From: Microbotryum violaceum
Lineage: Eukaryota
Length of the DNA: 64,000 bases
Assembly (NCBI GenBank): GCA_001244265.2
Contig: CDLV01000006.1
Location: forward strand, 1,736,001-1,800,000
Direction of reading: 5' to 3'
Shown: positions 1 through 11,612 of the stretch, piece by piece
Position numbering within the stretch: the stretch's first letter is position 1
Layout of the letters: each line of letters starts with the position of its first letter
Program-made: the position numbers and the translations under genes
Notes under the pieces: generated by a model
Seen by the model: the letters and a program-made list of their open reading frames with translations, nothing else
Told to the model about the DNA's origin: nothing
Database searches by the model: none

Positions 1-501
1 CTGCACCCGAGGGCACAAACGGTGACGACGAGGGACCGTTTCTCTACCACCCTCGTGGCGCCCTGATGCAGGCCCAAGCATGTGCAAGAAGACAAGGTGG
101 GGACCACATTCGTGTAGAGCGGGGTCCCAACGCATCGAGCAGATTGAAGGTCGAACAGGGCGCCATTACAACCGAGTTGGACGCGATCGAACCGCGAGAG
201 AGAACGGACACCAGAGACGAGATGAAACAGAGAGACGGGAAAGCCACGAGACAAGGAGCGCGTGGAACGAAGGACTCGTGGGTATGACGAGTTGTGGGAC
301 CCTTTTACTTTTGCAATAGATCATTTCCGGGGTAGAGGGAGGGAGGAAAGACTTACCGGTTAGGGACGAATCCGGATGACGTGGTCGTGAACGGCGAGGA
401 AAACGGTGGAGGACAAGCGACGGACTCGACTTGCGCGCGGATGGCTTCTTTGCCCTCATCCCCAACCTCACTCGTCCTCTGGCGTCGCCATCTTTGAAAC
501 G

Positions 502-1738
502 ATGGGCCCTCCCGACAAGCTCAGCACGGACGTTAGCGAGGCTACACCCGCCACAACTCAGTCCGCAAATGCCTCGGCGCCGATCCCAGCGCGCGATCCC
601 AACGATCCCATGACGTGGGCCGAACGAGGCCTCTTCCCCATCGGCGCAGCTCCGCCCCTCAACCCAGAGTCTGACGCACTCATACCACGTGTAGAAACGA
701 CGAGGGAGTCCGTAGATGAACGATGTTGGATAAGGACCAAGCAGACCAATGCCAGGAGGTGGGTTTCTCGTCGCTGTCCTCCCCGACGACAACGAGAAGA
801 GAGCTGAGCTGAGCTGACACAAAAAGTTGTACTATTCGGCAGAGCACTGGGGAGAGAACCCAGAGTGACCATGTATTGCTACCTCAATTTCAAGAAGCAA
901 ATTGTCGATCTCATACCCGTGCCAGGTCAACGCGGTAAGCAATAATTTTTCCCTTCATCTCCGTGCTCCGATCGTCATCGAGTTTTATCAGAACTGACCG
1001 GGTCACATTTCCCTGGTATGTGCGCACGCACCTCATCAAACGATTTGAACATACGCAGGCGCATACATGGCCAGGGACGCGCCCGTGAGCAAAAACTCGG
1101 GCCCCACTCACTACGTCCCGACCGGTCCACCGACGACCTTGGCTCCTCCACCTACGGTCCCTTTTTACCATTGGCCAAGGATGGAAGATCGCTATATCTA
1201 CATTGCTCGTGGTCGTACCTATGTTAATCGCCACCTCCAAGAATCTGGTGGACCCGCCGAGTCACGCATCTCGATCGAGGATCTGGCCGAGCGTTGCGAA
1301 CAGGGGCAAATGGCGCGAGCGGCCGAGCGCAAGCAAAGGGCCGTCCAACGCGCATTGGGGATGGTGGACCCTATCGAATTTGACGAGTATGAGAAGCTCA
1401 TCTCGTTGAGTGACGCGTGGTCACATTCTTTGCAGAGATTACACCTCCATGTGCATCGCATCTATTCGCCTGGGTGGAGGAATCTGGCGAGGTTGCCGGA
1501 GGTGTGGACGGATGGGACGGCGAGCAAGATGTTGGAGAGGTGTACGGAGACGCTGAGTGATGGGAGTGCGTTCAAACTTGTGGGGAGGATGTACGAGTCG
1601 ACGATAAGGGTTTTGGGTGAGCTGGAGGAGAGGAGGAGGAAGGGTGGGTCCGATCCAGGTGCGGGTATCGGAGGTGGATCGGGTGGGATCGTACCCCCTC
1701 CACTACCTCCCTCTATTGGTGGTCCTCCGCCCATGTGA
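502..1738 (+). CDS. Hypothetical protein, 4 exons
   Basis: ATG 502 (MGPPDKLS...). GT-AG introns at 759-842, 935-991 and ~1017-1058 join in frame (...TNARR|ALGREPRVTMYCYLNF...GQR|ELTGSHFP|GAYMARDAP...) to ORF 1067-1738. No recognised domain. Confidence 0.65.
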
Positions 1739-2781
1739 GGATATTTTATGCGCTTTTCCCGACGTTTGCATGTTGTTGTAATAAGTTGCCTTTGATCCTT
1801 TAACGCTTTAGGTTGAGCACCTAGCTTGACGCGGAACTGTGAACCTCGGACCAGAAAATCAGAAATTGCGGTTGGAAATCCTTTCAAACTTTTGGGCCCA
1901 AAAAAAGCTACAGAATTGAGTGTCGTCTTGACTGCCCAACAAATGTTGTGGCGATCGTCACCCACCCCGACCGGACGTTCGACCTGGCATGGCTTATATT
2001 GGGCTAGCCCGGTCGATAGTGCCGCCCGTGGCCGAAGGAGGCAGAAGGAGACCAAGGAGAGTGGTCGTCAATCGCGCCGGTTTCGCAAATGGTTTGCTGC
2101 TCTTACTCCCGCCTGAAGCACCTCAACGAAACCGCCTGACTGGACTGTGCTGCACCTCGGACCACACGCTTGCAACTTGGCTTCAACCCCCATCCTTTTT
2201 CCCTCTGATCGCATCGCACTTTCTGCATGTAAGTGTTCGCTTCTTCGTGGTCGAGGTGACGTGCCCTCCCGAGTCAACGCTAGGCGCTCGCTCTCGATTC
2301 GCGATGGCCGCTGCTGGCGGACCGTTTTCTTTCGCCGGCTGCTGGCAGGCTGGGCTGTTGCGCGCGCTTTCCCGGCTCCGACCGCGGTCGGTCCACTTGC
2401 TGACCCTCTGCGTCGTCTGTTCTCTCTCTGTACCACTTGTTTCGGGGTGTGTCGGTGTCGGGTGTTGGGTCGCCTCCTTCCTTTGATCTCTTGCAGGCTA
2501 GTGTGGTACCCCGGATCGGAAACCCGCCACGACTAGTGAGTGCCAATCCGAGGCTGCCTGTGCTCGTACGCACGCCCGCGAACGAGATCTTCGGCAGCAC
2601 ATGCTTATCACCTGTGAGCGCGGAGTCGCTGACCTGCTTGATGACCCCTCCGCTCTCCGCCGCGCAGCCTTGACTCTGTCGTTTACAAGACCCTCGGTCA
2701 TTAAATACGACCCCGTTACCCACCCACTCACTCTTTTCATTTACGACCCCATCTCTCTCCGCCACTTAGCCCATCTTCGCG

Positions 2782-5700
2782 ATGTTGCGCACGACCTTAT
2801 CTCGGGGCCGCTCCGGCGTGCGAGCGTCGTTGCTCGGTCGACCCCTCGCCGTTAACCCCGTTGCGGCTCCTGTTCGCTCCTTCACGGCCTCGAATCGTCG
2901 CCAAGAGGACCTGAGCAAAAAACCCAGCATCGCGCCTGCGGACCAGGTCGACATCTCGTCTCAGTTCAAGCACATCCAGACCAAGGACGGCACCTCCGCC
3001 GCTTCCGACCTTGCCAGGCGCTTGTCCCAGGCCGTCCTGCCCAAGTTGGAACGACCCGATGTCAAAAAGGTGCTCATCGTCGGGTCAGGTGGACTGTCGA
3101 TTGGTCAAGCCGGTGAATTTGATTACTCCGGTCAGTCGGCCTCCTCGATCGTCACGAGGAGATGGGACGGTGAGCTCATCTATGTGGCTTTCGATGCCTC
3201 ACAGGTGCACAAGCGATCAAGGCGATGAAGGAATCCAACGTCGAGACGATCCTCATCAACCCCAACATCGCCACAATCCAGACCTCGCATCAAATGGCCT
3301 CCGAGGTCTACTTCCTTCCCATCACCGCCGAATACGTCTCGTACATCCTCGAACGAGAGCGCCCCGACGGTATCCTTCTGACCTTCGGTGGTCAGACCGC
3401 GCTCAACGTCGGTATCCAGCTTGACAAGATGGGTATCTTTGATCGACTCGGCGTCAAGGTCCTTGGCACGCAGATCAGGACCCTGGAAGTTTCGGAGGAC
3501 CGTGACTTGTTCTGCAAGGCTCTCGAGGGTCAGTTGTTCATCTTTCCAGCCCATCTTCCTTCATGATCTCACGAGTTGATGTTCAACAGAAATCGGCATT
3601 CCCGCCGCTCACTCGACGGCCGTCTCGACCGTCAAGGATGCCCTCGCCGCCGCCGATGACATCGGCTACCCTGTCATCTTGCGTTCGGCCTTCTCGCTCG
3701 GTGGTCTGGGATCGGGCTTTGCCGAGAACGAGGATGAGTTGCGCGACTTGTCCGCCAAGTCCCTGTCGCTCTCGCCGCAGGTCTTGATTGAGAAGTCCCT
3801 CAAGGGCTGGAAGGAACTTGAGTACGAGGTCGTGCGTGATGCTGCCGACAACGTCATCATTTGCTGCAACATGGAGGTGAGTTGAGAAGAAAAGTGGCGT
3901 TCAAGCCATCAGTTGTCGCTGACCAGGGGTGATATTGTACAGAACTTTGATCCTCTCGGCACACACACCGGTGACTCGATCGTCATTGCTCCCTCTCAAA
4001 CTCTTTCTGATGTGAGTTTGACCCTCAAGATTGGTCTGATGCGGCTCGATCGCGTTTAGTGATCTCGTCGACATCTTTGCAGGACGAATACCATATGCTC
4101 CGCTCGGCGGCGATCAAGATCGTCCGCCACGTAGGAGTCGTTGGCGAGTGCAACGTTCAGTACGCGCTCAACCCCAACAAGCGCGAATACATGGTTATCG
4201 AGATGAACGCTCGTCTCTCTCGTTCGTCGGCCCTCGCCTCCAAGGCAACCGGGTACCCGCTCGCCTATACCGCTGCCAAGATCGCGCTCGGCCACACCTT
4301 GCCCGAGCTGCCGAACGCCGTCACCAAGACGACGACGGCTTGCTTCGAACCCTCGCTCGACTACATCGTCACCAAGATCCCTAAATGGGACTTGGCCAAG
4401 TTCCAGTACGTCAACCGCGAGGTTGGCTCGTCGATGAAGTCCGTTGGTGAAGTCATGGCCATCGGTCGAACGTTCGAAGAGTCCCTGCAAAAGGCCATCC
4501 GTCAGGTCGACCCCCGCTACGCCGGTTTCGAGGCCTACTTCCAGCCCGAGGACATTGACCACGCCTTGTCGGTCCCGACCGACCAACGCCTGTTCGCCAT
4601 CGCCCACGCGATGCTCAACCTCAACTACTCGGTCGAGAAGATCCACGAACTTACCAAGATCGACAACTGGTTCCTCTACAAACTCGACAACATCGTCCAG
4701 ACCTACCGCCAGCTCCAGGGCACGTCGACGCTCTCGGAGCTTTTGCACGACCTTATGAAGGAGGCCAAGCGCATGGGTTTCTCGGACCGCCACATCTCGC
4801 AGCTCTTGCCAGAAAAGGTCACCGAGGATCAAGTCCGCGCGCACCGCAAGTCGCTCGGCATCACGCCCTTCGTCAAGCGTATCGACACCCTTGCCGCCGA
4901 ATACCCCGCCCACACCAATTACCTCTACACGACCTACAACGCTTCCGAACACGACATCACTTTTGGCGACAACGGCACGATGGTACTCGGTTCGGGTGTG
5001 TACCGCATCGGCTCGTCCGTCGAATTCGATTGGTGCGCCGTTAGTTGCGCGCGCAAGGTTCGCGAGATGGGCAAGAAGACGGTCATGATTAACTACAACC
5101 CTGAGACGGTCTCTACCGACTTTGACGAAGCCGACCGCCTCTACTTTGAAGAGTTGGGCTGGGAGCGCGTGATGGACATTTACGAACTCGAAGGCTCCGA
5201 GGGTGTCATCGTCTCCGTCGGTGGGCAGCTGCCGCAGAACATTGCGCTCCGGCTCAAGGAGACGGGCGTGCAGGTCCTCGGTACCGACCCGGAGATGATC
5301 GACAACGCTGAGGACCGACACAAGTTTTCGGCTATTCTCGATGCCAACGGGATCGATCAGCCCGACTGGACCGAAGCCAGCTCCGTCGAGGCCGCCAAGG
5401 AGTTTGCCAACAAGGTCGGCTACCCCGTCTTGATCCGTCCCTCTTACGTCCTGTCCGGTGCCGCCATGAACGTCGTCTGGAACGAATCGACGCTTGAGCA
5501 TTCGCTCACAGCTGCCGCTGAAGTCTCGTCCGAATACCCGACCGTCATCACGAAGTTCATCGACTCCGCCCAGGAGATCGACATCGACGCCGTTGCCTAC
5601 AAGGGCGAATTGCTCATCCATGCCGTCTCGGAACACGTCGAGAACGCTGGTGTCCACTCTGGTGATGCCACGCTCGTCCTGCCTCCGTTTTCGCTCGTCG

Positions 5701-6587
5701 AAGACGACCTTGCCCGCCTTAAGGAGATCGCACAAAAGGTCGCCAAGGCATTCGAGATCTCGGGTCCCTTCAACATGCAAATCATTCGCAAGGCGTCTGA
5801 CGACCACCCGACGGTACTCAAGGTCATTGAGTGCAACTTGCGCGCCTCACGTTCGTTCCCCTTCGTGTCCAAGGTCCTCGGTGTCAACTTTATCGATATT
5901 GCCACCGCCGCCATCGTCGGTGAGAACGTCCCCGCTCCCGTCGACTTGATGCAGCAGAAGCGTGATTACGTCGCGATCAAGGTCCCTCAATTCTCCTGGA
6001 CTCGTCTTGCCGGTGCCGATCCTTACCTCGGAGTCGAGATGGCGTCGACGGGTGAAGTCGCCGCGTTTGGTGTCGACGTTCACGAAGCGTACTGGGCCTC
6101 GTTGACTTCGACAAATGCTTTCCGCGTCCCCCCTCCCGAATCCGGTGTCTTGATCGGTGGTGACATCTCCAAGCCCCAGATGGCGACCGTCGCCAAAGGC
6201 CTGATCGACCTCGGTTTCAAGCTCTACTGCTCGTCGCCCGTCGTCGAGGAATATCTTAACTCGCTGCCTTATCTCGGCAAGGTCGAGCGCATCGCGATCC
6301 CATTGAAGGACAAGCGTCGCTTGCAACTCGTCTTTGAGAAGTACGACATCCAGTGCGTCGTCAACTTGGCCTCGTCCAGGGGCAAGAACACCATCGACGA
6401 GGACTATGTCGCTCGTCGCAACGCCGTTGATTTCGGTATTCCCTGCTTGAACAACCCTTTGTTGGCGCAACTCTTTGTCGAAGCTTATGGCAAGAAGTTG
6501 AGGAAGGGCGAGTTGAAGGGCTACGTCGAAGGTCGCGTGCCGAACGAGGTCAAGCCATGGAGTCATTTCATCGGTGGTCGATTGTAA
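2782..6587 (+). CDS. CPA2: Carbamoyl-phosphate synthase large subunit, arginine-specific, with mitochondrial presequence
   Basis: [82 protein letters not shown]-terminal MGS-like domain. Arg/Ser-rich N-terminus. No glutaminase or ATCase fusion, so not URA2. Confidence 0.96.
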
Positions 6588-6890
6588 ACTCCTCCCTCTT
6601 ATGACCACCTCCACCTTCTTCCCCTCTCAATTTCCTCTCGCAACACGTCTCTAAATCAATAATGCCCTCCGTCAAGCTTATCCGAGATGGCTTGACATAG
6701 AAGATCGCAAGTTTCCCTTGTCGTTACTCGCCCTTTCTGAATAGTCCCCAATTCCTGAAGTTCAGTTCGCAACGTAGTTCATTATGCATCGGTGGAATCC
6801 GAATGACGAAGGGGTGAAAATCAAATTAAAACATGTACTGCACAAATGCCAACAGGTGTAGTTTACACAGTGGATGATGGAAAGGAGCGT

Positions 6891-7867
6891 TCACCCTCCG
6901 ACCAAGTCTTTACCCGTGATCGCATCCTTGCGCTTGCCATCTTTGTCGACCATACTGTCCGATGCTTTGTTTCTCTCCAGAAGGATGGGATCTTGATCAT
7001 CGTCTGATGTACTCGTCTTGGATGGTGCATCGTCCGCACACCCACAATCGTAGATGATCTCCAACCCCTTCCCACAGTCGAATTCGTCCTTATCCAATCG
7101 GGCATTGACAAGGTTGTGCAAGTGACAGAGATGAATCGAGGCGGCTGAACGGGAGGAGGTTTGAGGCGGGTGTTTCAGAAGCAAGGCTTGGAACTGTTGA
7201 AATCGGGACGGAAGGGGTAGGGGAGATCAGCGTCAGGGAGTGAGGAACTTCTTCGGCTCTCGGAATTTCGACTGACCTCGGCTGCACATTCGCCTGAAGG
7301 ATGGAAGGTGGCAAAGATGCGGGGTAAGGACTCGTTCATTGACCCAATTCATCCATGCCTCTCTCCACCTACCACATGGGTACAATCGGGAGAAGAGGTA
7401 GAGAAAACTTTTGAACGTCTCCTTTTCGTCCTCGGTCGGCTCGACAGGAAAACGAGCGGCCATCGTGTGTAGTAGCTTCCACGACGCTCGGCCTAGTTCG
7501 GCCCTGCGCAAGTTGATCGAAAGTGGTTAGTACGTCGAGTGGGCTCAGAGAGAGTGGGATGCTGGACTGACTTTACGGTCGCGTTCTCAAGCTTGGGCAT
7601 GATGATCGGTCCCTTCCAATAGTTCGGCAACTTCTCCAACGCCTCCTGCGCCAACGGATCCTTGTTCGCCGCTCTTGCTAATGCATCCCTGACACCGGCT
7701 GCTCCACCTTTTTGTACGCCTTGTTGGGCCCAGACCGAGTTGGAGCCCGAGCGTTCCAGGGGGCTTTGCACGACGGAGAGGTACGTCGGTACGAGCAGGA
7801 GTAATGAGCAGGCGAGGAAGGTCACTAGTAGTCGAGATGGGGTCAACAGTTGACGCAGGGTGAGCAT
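6891..7867 (-). CDS. ERV2: Erv2-type FAD-dependent sulfhydryl oxidase
   Basis: N-terminal hydrophobic anchor, ELGRASWKLLHTMAARFP, YPCG|ECA CxxC motif across an intron, LCHLHNLVNARL, C-terminal DCGC motif. Confidence 0.92.
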
Positions 7868-8452
7868 AATGGCCTGTGGGGCGTGTGGGAAACCCCCACG
7901 CATTCAGGGCTAGGGGTGAGAAAGCCCAAGAGACGCTTGCGAAAGCACGGGGCGCCACGTCCGACTTCACCGACTTCACCGTTGCGCCGTGTCGCGCCTC
8001 CTCGAGCGCATCATTGAATGATTGCACGCCCCCGCCGCATCATTGGGTAGCAAACCACAGGCTCCAGTCGTCCTGGATTTATCTACTACTCGGCGGTACC
8101 AAAAATTGCGACCTCCGAAACAGGAACCAGCTATACACCTGTACATCTCATTCAGCAGTCCCGGATTCTGAGCCGATAAACCCGCTTGCAGTGAGGCAAC
8201 TTGACTGCAATGCAGTCACCGGGGTTGCGAGCGAATGTGTCAATTATTGCAAACAACGGCTGCGATAATTTTGGCCTGTATTCCGGTCTTCGTTTCTTCA
8301 AAATCGGATAGCCCCTGAAGGCGACGCCACATCTCACTCGAGCACGATTAAAACTTTTCACCCTGTTGAGAGAGATCGTCCGAAACGAAAAGTTCAGCGT
8401 CGCACTTACTCTATGCATCGCCGCATGTCAGTATTCCGTTCTCCCAGGTGAA

Positions 8453-9421
8453 CTACATTGGAACAACGTCGATTTCTCCAGAAATCGTTCTACGATTCTG
8501 AGTAGGCAGCGAACAGTTAACAGTTCCCGCTGTTGCAAAAAAGCGAGCCAATGGGCCTTTCGCAAAATCCAGCCACAAGTCAAGCCGGACGTCGAAGCTG
8601 AAGCACTCGAGCGGTCGAAGACACTGTGGGGGAGCAAGAGCAGAGTTGAACAGAGCACTGCACGTGACCGACCGCGTACTTCTCTTACCATCGGGAAGAA
8701 AGTCCGGTCCACCGAACTTTGCCCGTTTCTCGCTCAGTTTGAGGTGAAGACACAAATGGTAAAGCCACAAATGAAGAGTCATAAAATCCCAGCTAGTCTT
8801 GTTCAAAGCAGAAAATAAAAAACTATAGATGCGTTGGACCACCATGTCATACATCATATACCATCTACTACTACGTAGCGTCCGTCTTTCCCTCCTCCAA
8901 CTCAGTGCCCGGCTCAGCTCCTGAGGGTAGATGACGAAAGGCGAAATCGCCATCATCGCCTCCATCAGTGAGGTATGCCAATCCATGCTTCTTTGGAATG
9001 TCCGCCAATTTGGCATTCATTCCCCCCAAATTCTCCCAGCCCTCCCGATAAACTCGTGATGCCAGGCCGGGTCCAGCCGTGTTGGGGATTGCTCGCCAAG
9101 AGCCCAGTATAGATAGCCGGTTTTGGTAACATCGGCATCGCATACCACACAAATGTGCCCTCAGCAATCTGACGTGGAAGATGGAAGGCTCATGAGTCAG
9201 TAGGTAAGTCCACTCTTGTTGACGTACCCCGAGTACGCTTCGGGTAGTCCGATACAGGTCCTGGCCAATTTTCTCGCTAGTTTCTTCGCTCCGCTGACTC
9301 GCACTCCCCAAACACCTCGTTCCGTCATCGACGCCACATATCACATACTCGGTGGACGTCCCCCAGTCTTTCCGGGCATTGGAAAGCAGTAGGTAGAACA
9401 TGTGCCCGCAGCTGGAGACTG
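8453..9421 (-). pseudogene. 3' part of an unidentified ORF interrupted by the 9422-27752 insertion
   Basis: ORFs 8871-9434 and 8453-9016. The 8871-9434 frame joins ORF 27687-27929 once the insertion is removed. Product not identified. Confidence 0.35.
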
Positions 9422-9899
9422 CAAGAGTCCGCATTAGATCTGATCTGACGGGGTTCAGATCAAGTTCAGATCAATCATCACTGAGCGACGTTTTTGGCGG
9501 GGAATACCCATCTGAATGGGTATTGCCTGGGCTGCGGTATTACCCATCTGAAGGGGTAATACCCATTCTGATGGGTATTACCCCTTCAGATGGGTAATAC
9601 CCAAGCAGACGGTATTCCCTTCGGTTCGGGTATTTCCAATTTTAATGGGTAATACCATCCAAAAAGTCTCAATAGGGGCTCTTTTCGGGAGCGTGATCGA
9701 GCTTAATTCACATTAGCTTTCTCATTAGGTTCTGCATCATTAAATGCTAGTGCGAGCTCAATTGGCATTAGCTTACTCATTAGGGTCTGTATCATAAGTT
9801 ACTGATGCTCGCGTTCATATTACTAATGTTAATGCAGCCATTTTATATTGTATACCAGATGTTGTAGTATTTATCTAGCAAGTGTCTACCTCCGTTACC

Positions 9900-11330
9900 A
9901 TCTTTGACCCGTAGCCGGATAGTTTGGATCGTTGGCATCCAAATCATCCGCAGCTGCCGCGCGTGCTCCGCTTCCTCAAGTCCTTGGAGACCGTTCCAAT
10001 TCCTCTACTTCTTCTTCATCCTGTCCCTGATCCTCGTCTTCTTCTTCTTCAGCTCGACCGTTGCCAAGGTCTCTCTTTGGATTGGTCTGTTGGCTTCTGT
10101 TAGGATTGTGTTCGGTCTTCTTCTTCTTGTTTCTTGGCGGGCCCGGGCCTCTGACACCGCTGGCTGCAGGAGTCGAACGTTGGCCGCTTTAACCCACGTG
10201 GGGGCTTGTTTGTTGAGTCTCCTGCGACAATTGTGGCGATCCTGCTCCTTGGCGCGCTCCTCGCTTCTTGGGCACTAGGGTCCTGTTCCTAGTTGCCAGC
10301 ACTTCTTCCTCTTCGAGGTCGCTTGTGCCTGTATCTGAAGCCGAATAGACCCCGTCTTGGCTCTGAAGGAGTCATCACGGTCTCATCAGTGCATACCATC
10401 CAGTCCGATCTGGTTGAGAAGAAGGGGCTAACTTTCCGACTGGGACCTTCACCATGCCTGCTGCGGAGTGTCGCTATGTCTGCTTTGGAGAGCTGACCTT
10501 TGATTCCCGCAAGCCGGCACACTTCGCGATCGTACGCTAATTTCCAGGCGGACCGAATATTTGCCAAGACATCGATGACGAGTTCTTCATAGAGCCAGTC
10601 GCCGGATGTGACCGCAAGGAAACCAGCCCGTTCGCGAATCTGACCAAGTGCCAATGGAGGAGTAATGGGTCAGCACGCAAGCGAGCGCACAACAAGGTGA
10701 CGACCGGGGGGGGGCTTCGTGTTACTTACATACTTGACGATTTCTCGTTGCTTCAAAGGGGAGAGATTCCCCTACAAGACTGTGTTTGCGCTAGTTTTGG
10801 CAGAGATGAGTCTGAAGGCGTCCTTGAGATCGTAGTTTTCGGGCAGGTCGTGGTTGGGGGACCACTCCTGGTTGATCTCCGCAAGCGGCCCATACAGCTG
10901 GACCGGGGTAGGTGTCCTGATCCCTGCCACTACTAGTGCGTCCCGCACCACCGACTGGGTCGAGGAAGGTTACGAGTGGCACAGGGATGTCAGAGCTAGT
11001 CGGTAGTGGGGCTCTGCTCGCTGGACTTGCCGGCACTTACGCGAACCCAATTGTAATAGATTTTGTCAATTTGCCCGCGCTTGCAAGTATAATCACGCAA
11101 GCCCATATTGCCCTTGTCTTTTCGTGCGTACATGCCGTCGGCATCAATGTATTTTCTGGCTGCACTGGACCGATGCGGCACACGTCAGCGAGAAAATGTG
11201 GCTGACTTAGCCCGAACGAGACTCGGCCCAAGCTTGAGGCCTCCTGAGGCCTGAGCGCTTGAGCCCGAACCAGCTGAGCCCAAACCTGAGCCCGAACCTG
11301 AGCCCGAACCTGGCGAAGCAAATCCTTGAA
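9900..11330 (-). pseudogene. Degenerate accessory ORF of the CACTA element, divergent from the transposase
   Basis: Spliced-looking minus-strand ORF pieces (10289-10654, 11037-11321) with an acidic/basic low-complexity tail and in-frame stops. 12-bp CTGAGCCCGAAC repeats near 11251-11310. Confidence 0.45.
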
Positions 11331-11612
11331 TCAGAACAAGTGATGCATGCTGAGCTCACCAGTGCCCTTCCCATTCCGTCTTTGGTTCTCTTTATCCTTC
11401 TCTGATGCAGATCCTGCCATTGCGGCGCTCCCGTGTGGCAGTGGATGAATGGTGGGTGGGAGAAGGACTGAACACGTGGGCGGAAGGAGGGAAAGAGAGA
11501 AACGAAGACGCGCGCGCAAACTGCACGACTGCGCCGACTGCGCCACAATTTTTGCAAAGTCTTCTTCCGGACCCTCAACGGTGATAAACGTGCACCGCTC
11601 GTTCGCTCCGCC

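Noticed and set aside
166-500. Minus-strand ORF with a GTAAGT donor near 354
   Set aside because: No recognisable product and it overlaps the better-supported plus-strand gene. It may be the UTR of a gene outside the window.
2601-2781. Upstream ATGs before CPA2 as an arginine attenuator uORF
   Set aside because: No similarity to the AAP core (DYLSDHLW-like). AAP belongs to the small-subunit gene CPA1/arg-2, and these ATGs may lie upstream of the TSS.
4056-5807. 583-aa antisense ORF, and similar ones at 22746-23843 and 41937-43028
   Set aside because: Shadow ORFs caused by codon bias opposite well-supported genes.
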